Source of the DNA: Podarcis liolepis
Taxonomy: Eukaryota
Strand: one strand, 5' to 3'
DNA: 64,000 nt
Assembly (NCBI GenBank): GCA_965112155.1
Contig: OZ218100.1
The notes beneath the pieces were generated by a model. That model saw only the letters and a program-made list of their open reading frames with translations, was not told the DNA's origin and did no database searches. This document shows, one piece after another, positions 1 to 11,625 of this stretch (position 1 is its first letter; each line of letters starts with the position of its first letter). The position numbers were made by a program, and so were the translations under genes.

Positions 1-1920
1 ATTTGCATAAATGAGCTCTTGGGGTGTCGAATGTATGCAGCAATTTGGTAAACTCATATTTGCTTAACTTTACACAGGTTAGAAAGTCCCTGTTAACACT
101 GTAATGGGGTGATTTGGCTCACATTTTAAAACTATGATGTGTATATCATGGCATTAGCATCCTCTTCGTTGTTTCAGGATGCACTAACTGAGAAATAAGA
201 AGGAAATGAATATTCTAATTACTGGCTCTGAAATGTACTTAAGTATCAATTTCATGCATTAAAAATATAAATAAATCATAAATAATATTTTGTGGCTTTT
301 TTGGCTTCTTAACGTTTGTTTTTACCATTCACAAAGGCCTTTTCATTTCACATTTGAGAAATTGTCTCTTGATTCCATTTCCTCTTCTAATTACAATCCC
401 ATTTCCTTGCAAAAAGCATCCCCATGTTTCTACTCATCTCTCTAGTTGTAATCTTCATAATTGTGTCCCATCCCATTTTCAATTTGGCACTGCCCAGACT
501 TCTGAGCTCCATGTGGTTCACAATAACCTTTTATTTTCTGCCAACCTCTTTCTTTCCCCCTTGTCTTTCAGGATATTGGTGCTGTATCCATTAATTCATT
601 CTTCCTAAAGCTATTTTGGTGGCTCCTCTCCCTTTCTTTCTGATTTTGGCTTGCTTTGGCGGTTAAGAAGTTATCCTTTCACGGGATCTCCAAAGGCTAT
701 TATTTTCCCTGTACATTTCCCACTTGAAATCAAGCATCCAGATGGACAAGACAGGGAAAACCACCTGAGAGAAATCCACTTGAAGGCAGACTGAAAAGTT
801 TCAGGTGCATCTGGTCACTAGGGCAAGGCGGGGAAGACCCTGCCATTGTTTTGTTTTGTTTTGTTTTGTGCACCCAAAGTTAAGAGTACAGCAGATCTGT
901 GTTTCATAGAGTCATCTTCATACAATTTCTATCTTTCAGAGATTCCCTGGAGTCCTTTCTGTCCATCTCTCTTGGTATAAGCAGAACCAAAACATCACAG
1001 GTACATCTAAGCACTTTAAACTGAATCTTAGAAATGTAAATTTTCTAGGTGTCCAACTTTTCTCAGAAGTGACTATTCCTTCAATGTCTGGTGACTGTGT
1101 CTGAGAATTGCTTAGGTGTCTACTTTATCTCTGCAAGGGAGGAGGATGGGGAGAAAATCAGAAGAAGTTGACTCAGTCTCCAGTGACCCTCTGGCTCTGC
1201 CTCCTATTAGCTGTGCTGTCCACTACATCACCAGCTCCAGTAGTTACCAGCTACCACTGTAATGCTCAAACTTTACCTCCTTACCAGGACCATCCAGATA
1301 ACAAGATGAGAATGGCAAAGACACTGCTTTTGAAAAGCAGACAAGCCATGGCAACGGCATAATGGAAACTGATCTCCTCTAAAAAGGAGGATAGACAGAG
1401 TTGACACATGACAGATGTCATTTTGCTATTCCACAATTGCACCATAGATTACTTTTATGCAATATCGAGCTAGGAGAAAGACAGTAGCAGTGAAACATCT
1501 CTTTGTGGGTGGGGCAAATCCACTGGCGTTATTAGAATTTAGGTTTTCCACTGACTCACTGGAATCTGAAAGAAGATATATAGAGCTGGGCATCGCATCT
1601 CTGGCCATTTCAAATGGATTTTAAATAGCATGGGATACAAGATGGAACCCTTTCAACCCTCATCAAAGCTATGGATTAGAGAGCATCAGTCTCTTGGCTG
1701 TAATCCTATATACGCTCACCTAGAAGTAAAACACTAATGGCAAAGCCCCATTTATCTAGCTGGAAAAGCCTGTTGGAACACAAATGCCTCCAGCTGTTTC
1801 CAGAAGGTGCTGGTAGCAGGCACCCAGCATATGTTAACAGGAATGCTATTCCACAGAACAGGGGCAGCCAGATTAAAAGACTTGGTCCCAGTTACTGTGG
1901 AGTGCACTTCTGCAGACCGA

Positions 1921-2073
1921 GCCATCAAGTTGGCTCAGTCAATGGAGCATGAGACTCTTAATCTCAGGATCGTGGGTTTCAGGCCCCACAATGGCAAAAA
2001 AAATTCTGCATTGCAGGGAGTTGGACTAGATGCCTATCATGTTCCCTTTCAACCCTTCAATTCTATGATTCTA
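1921..2073 (+). mobile_element. tRNA-Lys-derived SINE with CR1-type 3' tail (Squam2-like)
   Basis: GAGCATGAGACTCTTAATCTCAGG matches the tRNA-Lys(CTT) anticodon arm, followed by CTGCATTGCAGGGAGTTGGACTAGATG...TTCTATGATTCTA (CR1-like 3' end); second copy at 42579. Confidence 0.75.
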
Positions 2074-3779
2074 CGATCTACTGGGTATGTAAGGGATAAG
2101 GTGGTCTCTCAAATAGCCTGATTCTGAATTGTATACATGTTAGTACCAGTACATTGAACTTGGCCTGGTAGCAGATTGGCAGCTGGTGCAAATCCAGCAA
2201 GGGAGGTGTTGTATGCTGGTGGCAGATGGCCCCCACAAGCAATCTAGCCACCATGTTCTGCAGCAGCTGCAGCCTTCAGAGCAACCCAAGAGTAGTCCCA
2301 CAAGACACCATAAAACAATTTCCGCCCCCGCCCCCCACGAACCTTATCCTAGCCAGGATACTATAGAAAAAAGTCATTTCCCCCCAACTTTCTCCCTCAT
2401 CCAACAGATTGTATAAACTTTCTGTTACATACTTTCTACTATTTTTCTAAGCTTATACATTTTAGTTCTCTAAGGTTACACATTTTTGAGAGTAAGTGTG
2501 GAAGCTAAGCTGTCTCTAGAGAGTCCCCATAAATACTACCTCTCTCTACAAGGTTTTCAACCTCCCAAAAATTGATGGGAAAAGCTGTAAGTGCAGATTA
2601 TTAATACAGTCCACCCTGAAAGCATGTATACTAAAACAACAGTAACAAATAAGGTAGCTCTCAGTTATGACCCTGCTGTTTCTCAAGGTCAAGTTTCTGC
2701 AGGTTTCCATCTCTAAATTTCAGCACAGATCACCTCTGTATCCCTATGGCCATTGTTTCTCAACAAAACCACCTGCCATCACCTTCCTGCCATGTGCCAC
2801 AGAGCAAGACCTTCCACACAAAAATCCACAACTACTTCAAATTATTTTAGAGCATTTAAGCTGCATTCAGAAATGGTCTTTATTGCATTCATTTTACAGG
2901 ATATAATCCTAGTGCATCTCTCCTCATTTCTAATATTCCTTTTACCTGATGCATTATGGAACTATGGCTTTTTGATCAATATACTGCAATGTCTCGCTAA
3001 ATTTCATTCACACGAGTGGGCATGGTGTGACACAATTAAGGTCACTGGATAAGTCACCACTTCCCCATCCTTTCTGTGCATATGGGCTTCTGTTCCCCTA
3101 CGATTCACCATGCGGTATGCCAAAATAACACCCCAAATTTCTTTATGTGAATGATGGGAGCATGATCTATGAAAGCCACAGGAAAATTACAATGTAAAGC
3201 TCCCACAATATTCCAAGCTTCCGGGGTTGCAAGTGGATTTTTTTCCTGTTAATAATTAACATAAGAAATGAGTGCTAAACTTCTGCTAAATTCCACTAGC
3301 TTTCCAGAAGTGGAATTTACATCATGCGAAATATTGCACAAAATGCAAAAATTAGCAGGTAAGGAAACACTTGGGAAATTCAATAATATGCTGTCTGAAT
3401 GCAGCCTTAGGGCACAACCATGCTACAAAAAGCAGAAACTGTGGTTGGAAGACAACCAAACAGGCTGATCTTATGGTCTTGCCATACTGATCTTGCTATA
3501 CTATGCCTTTTCATTCTGCCAGGTTTGCCTACCAATTCGAGACTGTCTATTGCCAGCATATTGGACTTGGCTAGCCTGTGTACACTCAGCAAAGTTAATA
3601 CCACCGCAATAGCTGATGAAACAAAAAACTGTAGCAACACCGATGATCCAGAAGTGTCCACAGCAACTCCCCTGGCACTCACCAGTTGCAACAATATGCT
3701 CTGATGCTTCCATATTACCTATACATGGAAGTTACGGTACCAGTCAAAATGAATCACTGATCTACCGCATGATGTCATA

Positions 3780-3968
3780 CAGGGTTGCCAACTTGAATAA
3801 AATATTGGGGGGACGCAAGTAAGCCCCACCCCACATAATTGATCACAAGAAGTGACACATGCACACCATTTGAATGGCAATGCCCTACAATTTTGGAGGG
3901 GACTAGCCCCCTCAAATATTTTACTGGGGAGACAAAGGGACTTCAGCCCATAAGGGTGGGTTCCTATG
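3780..3968. mobile_element. hAT-type MITE
   Basis: Perfect 8-bp TSD ATGTCATA (3772-3779 / 3969-3976); CA...TG ends with degenerate TIRs. Confidence 0.65.
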
Positions 3969-5203
3969 ATGTCATAGAACCAAAAACACCAGGAGAGAAA
4001 GATCACCGGAACCTGCAGTGCTCCCTTGGAAGATAATACTCTAAGTAGGGTTTCCTGTTAAACTGCTGCTTTCCTGAGTTGTGTGAATGCTTAACATTTT
4101 GTTGTTAAAAATCTATGGGGTTCTATTGATATGTACTACTTCTCAAAGTGGTCTACACTGTTTGAGATAAGGAGAGGGTATAAACCAAGGCTGTCATTAT
4201 TACGTTTTCATTTACTTCTTCAGTGCTTGTTATTCTTTTAGTGTTGTGATGGACTTGATATTTAAATGGTTAGGAAATTGATATTTTCTATGGATTTACA
4301 CTATATTGAATTTGAACTTGGCATATAGAGAGAGAGAGCTCTGCTTTGTGGAGCATGGTTCTCAAACAGTGGACTATAAATCATTTAAATAAATAAAATA
4401 AATGTTAAGTTACACAGACCAGAGACAGACAGATCTGCCCATCCTGACTTGTGAAGGTGGATAGGATTTTGAATGGTTAGTGGGGAAAGGGTTAACAACC
4501 CCTCTCCCATCATTTATCCACTCAAAATCACAGCCTCGGAAAGCTCGCTTTTCCTATTAAAAAGTCAGGACTCATTACACATATTTGCATGTAATCTCTA
4601 GCTTGCCCCTGTTTAACTTCAATTGCTTTTTTATGCACGAGGCTAACAATGGAAAACTTTTAAACAGTATTGTGACAACAAATTAACCTAACCAGTTTGG
4701 ACATATGTTTAAAAGGAAGGCCACCATGCAATTAATTAGCATTTCTCTGCCTGCCTTCTCCTCCCATGAAAACAAACAAGAGACTGGTGGAGCAAAGGAT
4801 CCACAAATTGATGCATCCTCTGACCTTTTTTTTTGTTTACATTTGTTGCTATTCTTTCAAATAAATGAAACAATTAAATCTAGAAACAAGAAGTACATAG
4901 AGTGTGTCTCTCTTTACAGGTCACCTATGTTCACTGTTCTCATACATCAAGCGTCAGAGAATCGCAATGCCCCCAAACAAGATGTTACAATCAGAGCTCT
5001 CTCCGAAAAGAAGCCTGGGATACTGGTGGCTGAAAGGAGGTTCTTCTGCTGTTTCCATAAGTCAGCCAAGGATATATTTGGATTCCTGCATGGCTCACTG
5101 TTCGGTGCAGGCCTCCTCTGTACTTTGACGGTGTGTCCACATCTAAAGAATTTAACAGTCTAGTCACACTGATTCAGAAACTTTGTTGGTTTTCTTGCAG
5201 CAG

Positions 5204-5598
5204 GTTATTATTTTTTAAACAATAGTTTTAAAAAAATCACATAACATAAAAAATAGAAAACAATTCCCCAGAACCGCCCCCCCCCCCGGCTTCCCTCAAC
5301 TCCCTTATTGACTTTCCCTGCTTTATATCTTCATATTGCATTCTTAATATCCAATAACGTTATTCTCTTATCATTGTAATAATTTCTTTAAAGTAGCTAT
5401 ATTTACTTTATATATTGTGTTTACTCAAATCCTGCTAGTGAGTCCATTTCTTTACATTGCTTCTGTAAATACCTCTCTGTTGTCTTTATTTCTCAGTCTT
5501 TCAGATAATTTTGCCATTTCGACACACAGTATTCCATCAGTATTTCTTGACAGTGTTCTTTCGTTGGTATTTCCTCATTTTTCCATCTTTTTTCCATC
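5204..5598 (-). mobile_element. 5'-truncated L1-clade LINE (3' end)
   Basis: 14-bp TSD TTTTCTTGCAGCAG (5190-5203 / 5599-5612); T-rich tail on the left; similar in layout to the 3' ends at 36859 and 57344. Confidence 0.7.
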
Positions 5599-6010
5599 TT
5601 TTCTTGCAGCAGATTAAAATGGCTGCTATCTGTCTGGAAATGGATGCCAAAATGTGTAAGAAGGACTCGCTCGCCTTGGAGGCTGGCTGAAGGAAGACCA
5701 GATCAGTGAGATGTAGCTGGCAATTAGGAGGTTGCTTTATATGGAGTCAGATCACCAGTCCATCTAGTTCTGGAGCTGCCCAGAGTGGCTGGGGAATCCC
5801 AGCCAGATGGATGGGGTACAAATAATTAATTATTATTAAATTATTATTATTATGTATTAAAATATCTATTTCTACATTAACTGGGGTTCTAGATTGAATT
5901 TACGACCTTTTGCATGGATTTATGTTTGTCAGCTATAAACAATTTTTTTTTAATGTCATAGAATCAGCAACACCACAGAGGTAGAGGCAGCTTCCCAAGG
6001 GGAAAGAAAC

Positions 6011-6036
6011 ATATATATATATATATATATATATAT
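6011..6036. repeat. (AT)n microsatellite, left flank of Penelope-like insertion
   Basis: Directly visible. Confidence 0.95.
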
Positions 6037-6553
6037 GCAGGTTTTGGTGTCTTCGGGTGTCTTCCCGTGTAAGAGTTGGGGTGTCTAGGCGACGTTTCGA
6101 CGAGGTCTCACTCGTCATCTTCAGGCTGGTGCTTTCGGCTTCTTGTTACTGGAACAGAGCAGGATCTCAGTGTTTGAGTTCCTATAAATACTGTTGAGGG
6201 GGTGTGGTGTATAGCCTCCAACGTTCTGGGCAGAGAGGAAGTTCCCAGGTTAGTGTGCCTTTTCTTCTTTTGTTCCTTAATTACTTGAGGGATATCTTGA
6301 GTGATTTCTTGAGTGATATTCTGAGTACCACTTAGGTGGGTCATTAAGTGTGGATTAGTTGCTAAAGCTTTCGTGTCTTGACCTCTTGAGCTTGTGAAGA
6401 GTTTTTCTGAGAAGATGGCTGTACTGCACTTAGTTGTGCTCTGGCTTGGCTTCGTGTATAGGGGCGAGCTGTGGTTTTGTGTCCTGTGCCAGCCAGATCT
6501 GTGTAGGGATTGCACACGAAAACATATATATATATGTAGGGATTGCACACGAA

Positions 6554-6556
<3 letters not shown>
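6037..6556 (-). mobile_element. Penelope-like element (PLE) 3'/pLTR fragment inserted in (AT)n
   Basis: Hammerhead motif ~50 bp from the element end; flanked on both sides by AAAC(AT)n; no RT or GIY-YIG coding sequence visible. Confidence 0.7.
6089..6127 (-). ncRNA. Minimal type-I hammerhead ribozyme motif (PLE-associated)
   Basis: Minus strand: AGC-CTGAAGA-T-GACGAG-tgagac-CTCGTC-GAAA-CG-TC-GC; intact CUGANGA/GAAA/UH core, 6-bp stem II, palindromic ACGT stem III, weak stem I. Confidence 0.75.

Positions 6557-6600
<44 letters not shown>
6557..6600. repeat. (AT)n microsatellite, right flank of PLE
   Basis: Directly visible. Confidence 0.95.
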
Positions 6601-6603
<3 letters not shown>

Positions 6604-7296
6604 TAGATATTTTTGTTAGCAATATGGCATGGGCTGAGTAAAACACTCCTGTCAGACTATTTTGGCACCTTTCCCATCAACAAATTGTGCAGCCAGAGCG
6701 CAATGAATGTGGTCAATGGAGCAATCGTTAAACAATATGAAGCAAGCTGCCTGCAGACCATTTAAAGCTAGTTGTGATTAGAGAATGGGAGGGTTTTAAT
6801 GATACATACTTCTCATTGGAGGGTATGTATCTACCCTAATCGACACTTATTTAAGTTAGATTTGCCATTCTCTGCCCAGGTCCTGGTAACTGGCACACAA
6901 TTTACCCCTTAAAAAAATATTAGCTATTAAAATGGTATTACTTTAAACTTTAAAATTAAGGGCAATTTAAAAATATATCTAGAGTGCTTAGTTGCATTAT
7001 ATTCCACCCCCCTCCCCCAGTATTTATTCTCAAATAAAATGGCAGTGGCAATGATTAGATAACATGGAGCAGTTACATGAAGGGGAAGCTGTGTTGTGAA
7101 AGCCGTTAGCAGAGGAAGGCAAGAAGAGGAAATTGCAGCTGGAGACTCAGACAAGCAACTCAGTGTGTTAATATGGAAGCACCATTCCTGAAAGCCTTTC
7201 TGTCTTCTCATACCTTAAAACTGGGAAATGTGGAAGAACAGACAACTTGTATTGTTACTCTTAATTAAAATAATTAATGCAAACAATTATAATTGT

Positions 7297-7608
7297 GAGC
7301 CAGCATGGTGTAGTGGTCAAGAGCGGTAGACTCGTAATCTGGTGAACTGGGTTCGTGTCTCTGCTCCTCCACATGCAGCTGCTGGGTGACCTTGGGCCAG
7401 TCACACTTCTCTGAAGTCTCTCAGCCCCACTCACCCCACAGAGTGTTTGTTGTGGGGGAGGAAGGGAAAGGAGAATGTTGGCCGCTTTGAGACTCCTTAG
7501 GGTAGTGATAAAGTGGCATATCAAATCCAAACTAAAACTACTACTACTACTACTCTTCTTCTTCTTCTTCTTCTTCTTCTTCTTCTTCTTCTTCTTCTTC
7601 TTCTTCTT
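7297..7608 (+). mobile_element. tRNA-derived SINE (Squam3-like) with (CTA)n(CTT)n tail
   Basis: A box TGGTGTAGTGG, B box GGTTCGTGTCT, CORE-like GGGTGACCTTGGGC, microsatellite tail; closely similar inverted copy at 25022-25304. Confidence 0.85.
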
Positions 7609-7679
7609 GAAATCATTTCAATTATTCTATCCACACACCACATTGAATCCACATTTGTTTATGAATTGTTGCTTATATC

Positions 7680-8059
7680 TGTTGAATGGTTTCTTTAAAT
7701 GTAAAGGTTCATCATTGTTCCACTCCATGTGTATGTCTTTAAGGGGCCGGAGCAAGGGCCAGAGCAAGATAACGAGACCCAGCTTTACAGCTGTGAAACA
7801 TAGCAGGTGCTGCTGAGTTGTATTTGATTAAGGTGTGTCAGCATTTGGGTAGAGTATATAAGGAGCAGCACCTAGCTCTCCCATAACCCTGGGGGATGGG
7901 TTGGTGGTTGGGTCATGTTGGTTTGTTAATATATTTAGTGTAAATGGAGTTTTTGTTTTTCTTATTAAAACCTTTAAGTTATTTTTGAGTCCTTTCTTTT
8001 TAATGCATGATCTCCCCAGCAAGCTCTCTGCAGCGTCACTATACTGCAAAAAGCCAACA
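7680..8059 (+). repeat. 5' LTR (380 bp)
   Basis: TGTTG...CAACA terminal inverted repeat; TATATAA 7855-7861; ATTAAA 7964-7969; no differences from the 3' LTR by eye. Confidence 0.97.
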
Positions 8060-8064
8060 TCTTT

Positions 8065-8079
8065 GGTTATGGGCCCAGC
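8065..8079 (+). promoter_or_regulatory. Primer binding site for internal (half) tRNAiMet
   Basis: GGTTATGGGCCCAGC is the reverse complement of GCTGGGCCCATAACC in the initiator tRNA-Met anticodon arm, as in Drosophila copia. Confidence 0.9.
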
Positions 8080-8176
8080 TGCTGAGTGGATGACTGCATA
8101 TTTTTGGACTCTGAGAAAGGTTTGAAAACTCCTTCTCTTGTTAGCGTAGTTTTTGTGGGTCTGGAAGAGTTCCAGA

Positions 8177-8941
8177 ATGGTTGACCGGGTTCCTGAAGCT
8201 GAGAAGGCTCTGGTCTTCCCACAGCTAACAGATGAGAACTATAGTTTATGGTCTTTTCGGGTGGGGGCGCTTTTGACCTCTAGAGAAGTATGGACCTATG
8301 TAACTGATGACCCTCCTGACCCTGTAACTAATGCTTGGTCGAAAGGAGATGCAAAAGCCAGGGCGATAATTAATTTGGCAGTCAGCGACCAGCAAGTAGT
8401 CTATATAAGAAATAAGAAAACTGCCAAAGAAATGTGGGACAGTCTTGCAGCAGTGCATGTTAGAAAAGAGTCAGCATCTGCATTGACGTTTTTCAAGCAG
8501 TTGTACCAGACGAAGTTGCAGCCTGGTGGTGATTTGGCAGCACACTTGAGACGTCTGGAGGCAATACGCTGCGAATTAATTCGAAGGGACATGGAGATAC
8601 CTGATATTCAGTATGTTTTTATCATTCTATGTTCCCTTAATGAGGACTTTGATGGTATAGCTAGCCAGATATCTGCCGTTCCACCAGCACAATTAACTGT
8701 GGAAGGGGTAACGGCAAGATTAATGGGTGAGTTGGATAGAAGGGAGGCTTGTGCCATAAGCACTCCTGTTTCCAGAAAGAATGAGGAACGCCATATGCAA
8801 ACGTGTGGTGATACAACTGCATTTAAAGCTGCAAAGCGTTGTTGGTTCTGCAATAAGCAAGGACATTTTGCAAGGGACTGCAGATCCAAAAGAAAGCAAA
8901 GTACTCCCAAGCCTGTTTCTGTTCGTCAATCACGGTCGTAA
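8177..8941 (+). CDS. gag: Copia Gag
   Basis: ATG at 8177; LTDENYSLWSFRV N-terminal motif, TAKEMWDSL (UBN2/gag_2-like), zinc knuckle CWFCNKQGHFARDC. Confidence 0.92.
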   Translation: MVDRVPEAEKALVFPQLTDENYSLWSFRVGALLTSREVWTYVTDDPPDPVTNAWSKGDAKARAIINLAVSDQQVVYIRNKKTAKEMWDSLAAVHVRKESASALTFFKQLYQTKLQPGGDLAAHLRRLEAIRCELIRRDMEIPDIQYVFIILCSLNEDFDGIASQISAVPPAQLTVEGVTARLMGELDRREACAISTPVSRKNEERHMQTCGDTTAFKAAKRCWFCNKQGHFARDCRSKRKQSTPKPVSVRQSRS

Positions 8942-11023
8942 GCCCAGCAGCCGGCATCGTATAGTAGAGACAGAAACGAGCCGCGAGCTTTTCACGCTCG
9001 TTCTAAAGATCGTAAAAGAATTAAAGATGCCAGGTGGAAGTCTTTTGTTATCGACTCAGGAGCATCGCAAAATATCTGCAATGATCGAAGCTTGTTTATT
9101 TCTTTCGAAGAGGAAATTGGTAATGTACATTTAGCCAATTCACAAGTCTTGCAGTCGCTTGGCAGGGGTACTGTTAAACTTGACTCTTTAAACATTACAA
9201 TAGCGAACTGCATTTACTGCCCGTCAGTGGACAATTTATTGTCAGTAAGGTGTTTTGCTCGTCAAGGCATAACTGTGCGTTTCTTAAAGTCAATGTGTGA
9301 GTTTTTCGAGGGGAACAAACGTCTATTGTATGCCCGGGAATCTGATGGTTTATATAGACTGTATTTTCGCACTTACTCCCAATCGCATATAAATTGCAGA
9401 GCAGCACAGTTAAGCCAGGGGTTGAGGAATGTAAGACCACATTCTGGGTGTGTCCACATGGCGCACAGAATTCTGGGACACCTGAATTTTGCTGATGTAA
9501 TTAAGACAAAGAATATTGTCAATGGCCTCAACTTAAAACCATGCAAATTCTTTATGCAGTGTCTATCCTGTTGCAAGAATAAGATTAAGGTTGCACGAAA
9601 GGGTAGGTGCTCAGATAGAAAAGTAACTGAGCCATTTGAGCGTGTACATTGTGATTTAGTTGGGCCACTCCCACCATCATTAGGAGGTTCTAAGTACTGG
9701 CTTACTCTGATAGACCAGTATAGTAGATATTGTTGGACTTATGCAATAGCTGAGAAGTCCCAAGCATTTGAAAAGTACAAGGTTTTTTGCAACTGGGTAA
9801 AAACACACTTTAACAAACCAATTAAGAACCTGTTTTCTGACCGGGGTGGGGAATTTGTTTCTGAAGATTTTGAGAAATTCCTGGAAGCGCAGGGGACCAC
9901 TCATGAGTTATCTTGCCCCCGAAGTCCCTGGCAAAATGGGCTTGTTGAAGTTGTGCAGCGTGACTTGCAGGCTGGGGTTAAAACTTATCTGCACGATGCT
10001 AATCTGCCCAAAGTCTTTTGGGCTGAAGCACTCAATGCCTTTTGTTATGTTAGAAATCACAGTTATCATTCTGGTTTAGATGTCACCCCCTATGAGAAGC
10101 TGTTTAAAAAACGCCCTAATCTGAAATACCTACGCATTTGGGGTTCAGATGTAATTATGCATTATCCTGCTAAGCAGAAATTGGGTGAATGTAGTGTACA
10201 GGGGAAATTAATGGGCTACCAGCAGGGGGCGTACAGAATTTACATACCAGCAACTGGCAAATTTCATATTACCAGAAGCATGATACAAACTGTAAATTGG
10301 AATGGGGTTGCTGTTTTCCAAGATACTGATGGTATAAATGATACTGAGGAAGAAGAGGAAGCAGCAGCAGCAGCAGGAGGAAATGGTGATTCTGAATTAA
10401 TAGAAAAAGACAAAAAGCCTGTTGAATCTGATAATTTGTTTGACTTAAAGTCACAGGCATCTGAGGGGAGGTTAGATTCTCTTGAGTTTTCTGACCGTGA
10501 GCTTAGCCTACAGGCACCTCTTCAGTCTGACAATGATGATTTACAACCTGAAACTAGTAGTTCACTTAGTCCCATTAAGTCTGAGGAGTCTGACTCTCCT
10601 TCCGGACTGAGACGTTCAGATAGAAAGAGGCAGAAGCCACAACGTTTTGCAGATGAACATTTTAATACTGTGTATGCCAATAAGGCGGTTTTTGAACCAA
10701 AAAGCTACAGTGACGTTCAGAATTTACCTATGCACCAAGCTGTAAATTGGTATAAAGCTATGAACTCTGAGATAGCTTCTTTAAAAGAGCATAACACTTG
10801 GTCTCTTGTACCACAAACCCCAGATATGAGACTTATTGATTCAAAATGGGTTTATAGAGTTAAAATGAATGACAAAAATGAAGTTGTAAGGTACAAGGCA
10901 AGACTAGTTGCTAGGGGCTTTCAACAAATTCCAGGTGAAGATTATGATCAGTGTTATTCACTAAGTGTAAAAAAAAAAAAAAAAAAAAATGAAACAGTTA
11001 AGCTTTTGTTAAAAGATGCATAA
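8942..11023 (+). pseudogene. pol: Copia Pol: protease, integrase and N-terminal RT (truncated)
   Basis: Same frame as gag, open from 8942; FVIDSGAS protease; H-RILGH..C..C; CDLVGP / SDRGGEF / QNGLVE (DDE); KWVYRVK, YKARLVARGFQQ; ends before the QxDV, YGLKQ and YVDD motifs. Confidence 0.92.
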
Positions 11024-11609
11024 ATATGTGGAAAAGCCCACTATGCAATGTTTCTCTGCTCTTAAGAGAGTGGTAATGTACCTTAAACATACCAAACATT
11101 ATAGGTTGCAGTTTACACCCAGTATTGATAAAGGTTTTGAAATTTTCTGCGATGCATCTCATGCAGTGGAACAAAATAATTGCAGGGGTGTGTCTGGTAT
11201 GGTGTTTTGTTATAACGGTTGTCCATTTGAATGGAAGTCCCAGACACAAACCATTATTTGTCTCTCCACAACAGAGAGTGAATTATGTGCATGTGTTCAA
11301 GCCACTCGTGATGTAGAATGGTATCTGCAAGTATTTGCAGACCTACAGATGCAAGTAACACTACCAGTAAAAGTTTACCTTGATTCCCAGAGTGGACTTG
11401 CTATCCTGTGTTCAGAGACCAATACGCAGCGCACTAGAGTCTTAAGATTACGTTTAGAATTTGTAAAGAAACTAATTGCTGAGGAAATGGTTGTATTTAA
11501 ATATGTTCCAGGTGATAGTCAAATTGCAGACATTTTTACTAAAGCACTTCCAAAGGTTACACATGAAAAACATGTACAAAGTATGCTTTATGTTTTTGTT
11601 TCACAATGA
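11016..11609 (+). pseudogene. pol: Copia RT C-terminus plus RNase H (out of frame after deletion)
   Basis: ALKRVVMYLKHT, FCDASHA, STTESE, YLDSQS, QIADIFTKAL motifs. Confidence 0.92.
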
Positions 11610-11615
11610 TGAACC

Positions 11616-11625
11616 GCAGGGGAAA
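11616..11625 (+). promoter_or_regulatory. Polypurine tract
   Basis: GCAGGGGAAA abutting the 3' LTR. Confidence 0.8.

Noticed and set aside
4705-5163. 152-aa ORF or possible host exon
   Set aside because: No recognisable domain in any frame I translated and no convincing splice pair
6108-6548. 146-aa minus-strand ORF in the PLE fragment
   Set aside because: Starts in the duplicated junction and has no RT or GIY-YIG motifs
7475-7816. Poly-F, poly-L and poly-K ORFs (also 24878-25271)
   Set aside because: Translations of SINE (CTT)n tails
11010-11025. RT deletion as a spliced-out intron (copia subgenomic RNA)
   Set aside because: Junction is not clearly an exon-exon boundary and cannot be tested without an intact copy; microhomology is the simpler explanation
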